DNA of 64,000 nucleotides from Actinomycetota bacterium (GTDB lineage Bacteria; Actinomycetota; Actinomycetes; S36-B12): NCBI GenBank assembly GCA_030650795.1, contig JAUSDJ010000017.1, positions 388,077 to 452,076 of the forward strand, read 5' to 3'. Shown piece by piece: positions 62,792 to 64,000 of this stretch (position 1 is its first letter; each line of letters starts with the position of its first letter). The notes under the pieces were generated by a model. It saw only the letters and a program-made list of their open reading frames with translations, ran no database searches and was not told where the DNA came from. The position numbers and the translations under genes were made by a program.

Positions 62792-64000
62792 ATGACAACT
62801 TCGCAAGAGTGGTTCGACCGCGCCCAGAATGTGATCCCCGGCGGAGTGAGCTCGCCTGTCCGAGCCTTCCGTTCGGTGGGTGGAACTCCGCCGTATGTCG
62901 CGCAAGCCCATGGCTCGCGCGTCACTGACGTCGAAGGCAAGACCTACGTTGATCTCGTCGGCGCATGGGGGCCGGCAATTCTTGGCCACGCCAACCCCGA
63001 GGTAGTCGCGGCAGTAACAGCGGCGGCGAAGGACTCCTTCTCTTTCGGTGCGCCGTGTCCACCCGAAGTTGAACTCGCTGAGGCAATCGTCAATCGGGTT
63101 GACGCAATTGAAAAGGTGCGGTTCACCAACTCCGGCACTGAAGCAGTCATGACGGCGCTGCGCATCGCCCGTGCAGCCAGCAATCGCTCTGTCGTCGTGA
63201 AGTTCGCCGGTTGCTATCACGGCCATGCCGATTCGATGCTCGCCGCGGCGGGCTCTGGCGTGGCAACTCTTGGTCTTCCTGACTCGCCTGGCGTCACTCC
63301 GGGTTCAGCTCAAGACACCGTTGTCCTTCCATATGGCGATATCCCTGCTCTCGAGGCACTCTTTTCACGGCGAGGTCAAGAGATCGCAGCGGTGATCACA
63401 GAAGCCATCCCAGCGAACATGGGCGTAGTTCCGCCGCCACCTGGATTCAACAAGCGACTCAGTGACATCACCAAAGCCAATGGTGCGCTGCTCATCTTCG
63501 ACGAAGTCATGACGGGCTTCCGAGTGGCTGCCGATGGTTGGTGGGGGGAAGAAGGCAAGCAAGAGCAGTGGACGCCCGACCTGTTCACCTACGGCAAAGT
63601 CATCGGTGGCGGGATGCCATTGGCAGCGGTTGCAGGCAGCGCATCAATCATGGACCTACTCGCTCCCGCCGGCCCGGTCTATCAGGCCGGGACGCTCAGC
63701 GGCAATCCCCTTGCCACTACAGCCGGACTCATGACTCTCAAGCTCTGCACTCCGGATGTCTACGACCACCTCGATGCAACGGCCACCGCCGTCGCAAGCA
63801 TCGTCAGCGCAGCCTTCACCAAGCATGGCATCGCCCACCAGACGCAAATGGCCGGCAATCTCTTCAGTTTCTTCTTCACCGATCAACCAGTGAAGAACTA
63901 TGACGACGCGAAGACTCAAGACACCGCAGTGTTTGGCCGGTTCTTTCATGCGATGCTCGACAACGGAGTCTGGCTCCCACCGTCGGCGTATGAGGCTTGG
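62792..64000 (+). CDS. hemL: Glutamate-1-semialdehyde 2,1-aminomutase (partial; runs off the 3' edge)
   Basis: My own translation reads [31 protein letters not shown]...FDEVMTGFR...[10 protein letters not shown] (PLP Lys block). Absent from the ORF track because no stop lies in the window. Confidence 0.9.
   Translation, partial: MTTSQEWFDRAQNVIPGGVSSPVRAFRSVGGTPPYVAQAHGSRVTDVEGKTYVDLVGAWGPAILGHANPEVVAAVTAAAKDSFSFGAPCPPEVELAEAIVNRVDAIEKVRFTNSGTEAVMTALRIARAASNRSVVVKFAGCYHGHADSMLAAAGSGVATLGLPDSPGVTPGSAQDTVVLPYGDIPALEALFSRRGQEIAAVITEAIPANMGVVPPPPGFNKRLSDITKANGALLIFDEVMTGFRVAADGWWGEEGKQEQWTPDLFTYGKVIGGGMPLAAVAGSASIMDLLAPAGPVYQAGTLSGNPLATTAGLMTLKLCTPDVYDHLDATATAVASIVSAAFTKHGIAHQTQMAGNLFSFFFTDQPVKNYDDAKTQDTAVFGRFFHAMLDNGVWLPPSAYEAW

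Noticed and set aside
1-64000. Looked for CRISPR arrays, IS elements/transposases, integrases, prophage genes, toxin-antitoxin pairs and rRNA.
   Set aside because: I saw no regularly spaced direct repeats and no DDE, tyrosine-recombinase or serine-recombinase motifs in any ORF translation. The only tandem repeat noted is the 15-bp coding repeat in tig. This was a by-eye search, so short or degenerate elements could have been missed.

Overview
This is a chromosomal segment from a high-GC Gram-positive bacterium, almost certainly Actinomycetota. From memory, the gene order parallels the Mycobacterium tuberculosis Rv2448c-Rv2478c neighbourhood: valS ... clpX-clpP2-clpP1-tig-tRNA ... Rv2466c-like/pepN ... 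glbO ... ettA/ssb-like.

Contents, left to right:
- valS 3' end and a few small ORFs, then csbD.
- A lipid-enzyme cluster: a PLD gene convergent with a 5-gene overlapping operon (DUF1059-like, DAG-kinase-like, DUF1206, 2x PAP2).
- A ~21 kb type IV pilus (T4P) locus (7.7-29.1 kb) lying between valS and clpX. It has pilT2-pilB-pilT-pilC-pilA ... pilD on the minus strand, divergent pilMNO, and a convergent minor-pilin/PilX-like operon.
- clpX, clpP2, clpP1, tig, tRNA-Pro(UGG), tRNA-Gly(UCC).
- Two SDRs and a GC-rich two-gene islet encoding secreted proteins, one with a prokaryotic PLA2-like domain.
- marR-MFS-DUF429, two monothiol DsbA/Rv2466c-like paralogs, pepN, malQ, an amidase, a prolyl oligopeptidase, MscS, glbO, a thioesterase, ettA and an SSB paralog.
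- All nine steps of the coproporphyrin-dependent heme pathway in one locus: hemA, fused hemC-hemD, hemE, hemY, hemQ, hemH, hemB, hemL.

The best candidate for something undescribed is the set of nine non-pilus genes translationally chained into the pil operon. They include a sigma-70-like protein with an unrecognised N-terminal domain, a DUF4388 protein coupled to pilD, a TadZ/CpaE-like ParA ATPase, and six orphan proteins. A shared GTCCGAAAC element sits in the promoter-like regions of the locus.

I saw no CRISPR array, rRNA, transposase or integrase. All homology calls rest on motifs I recognise by eye, not on searches. Many ORF-track entries are antisense shadow ORFs typical of high-GC DNA.
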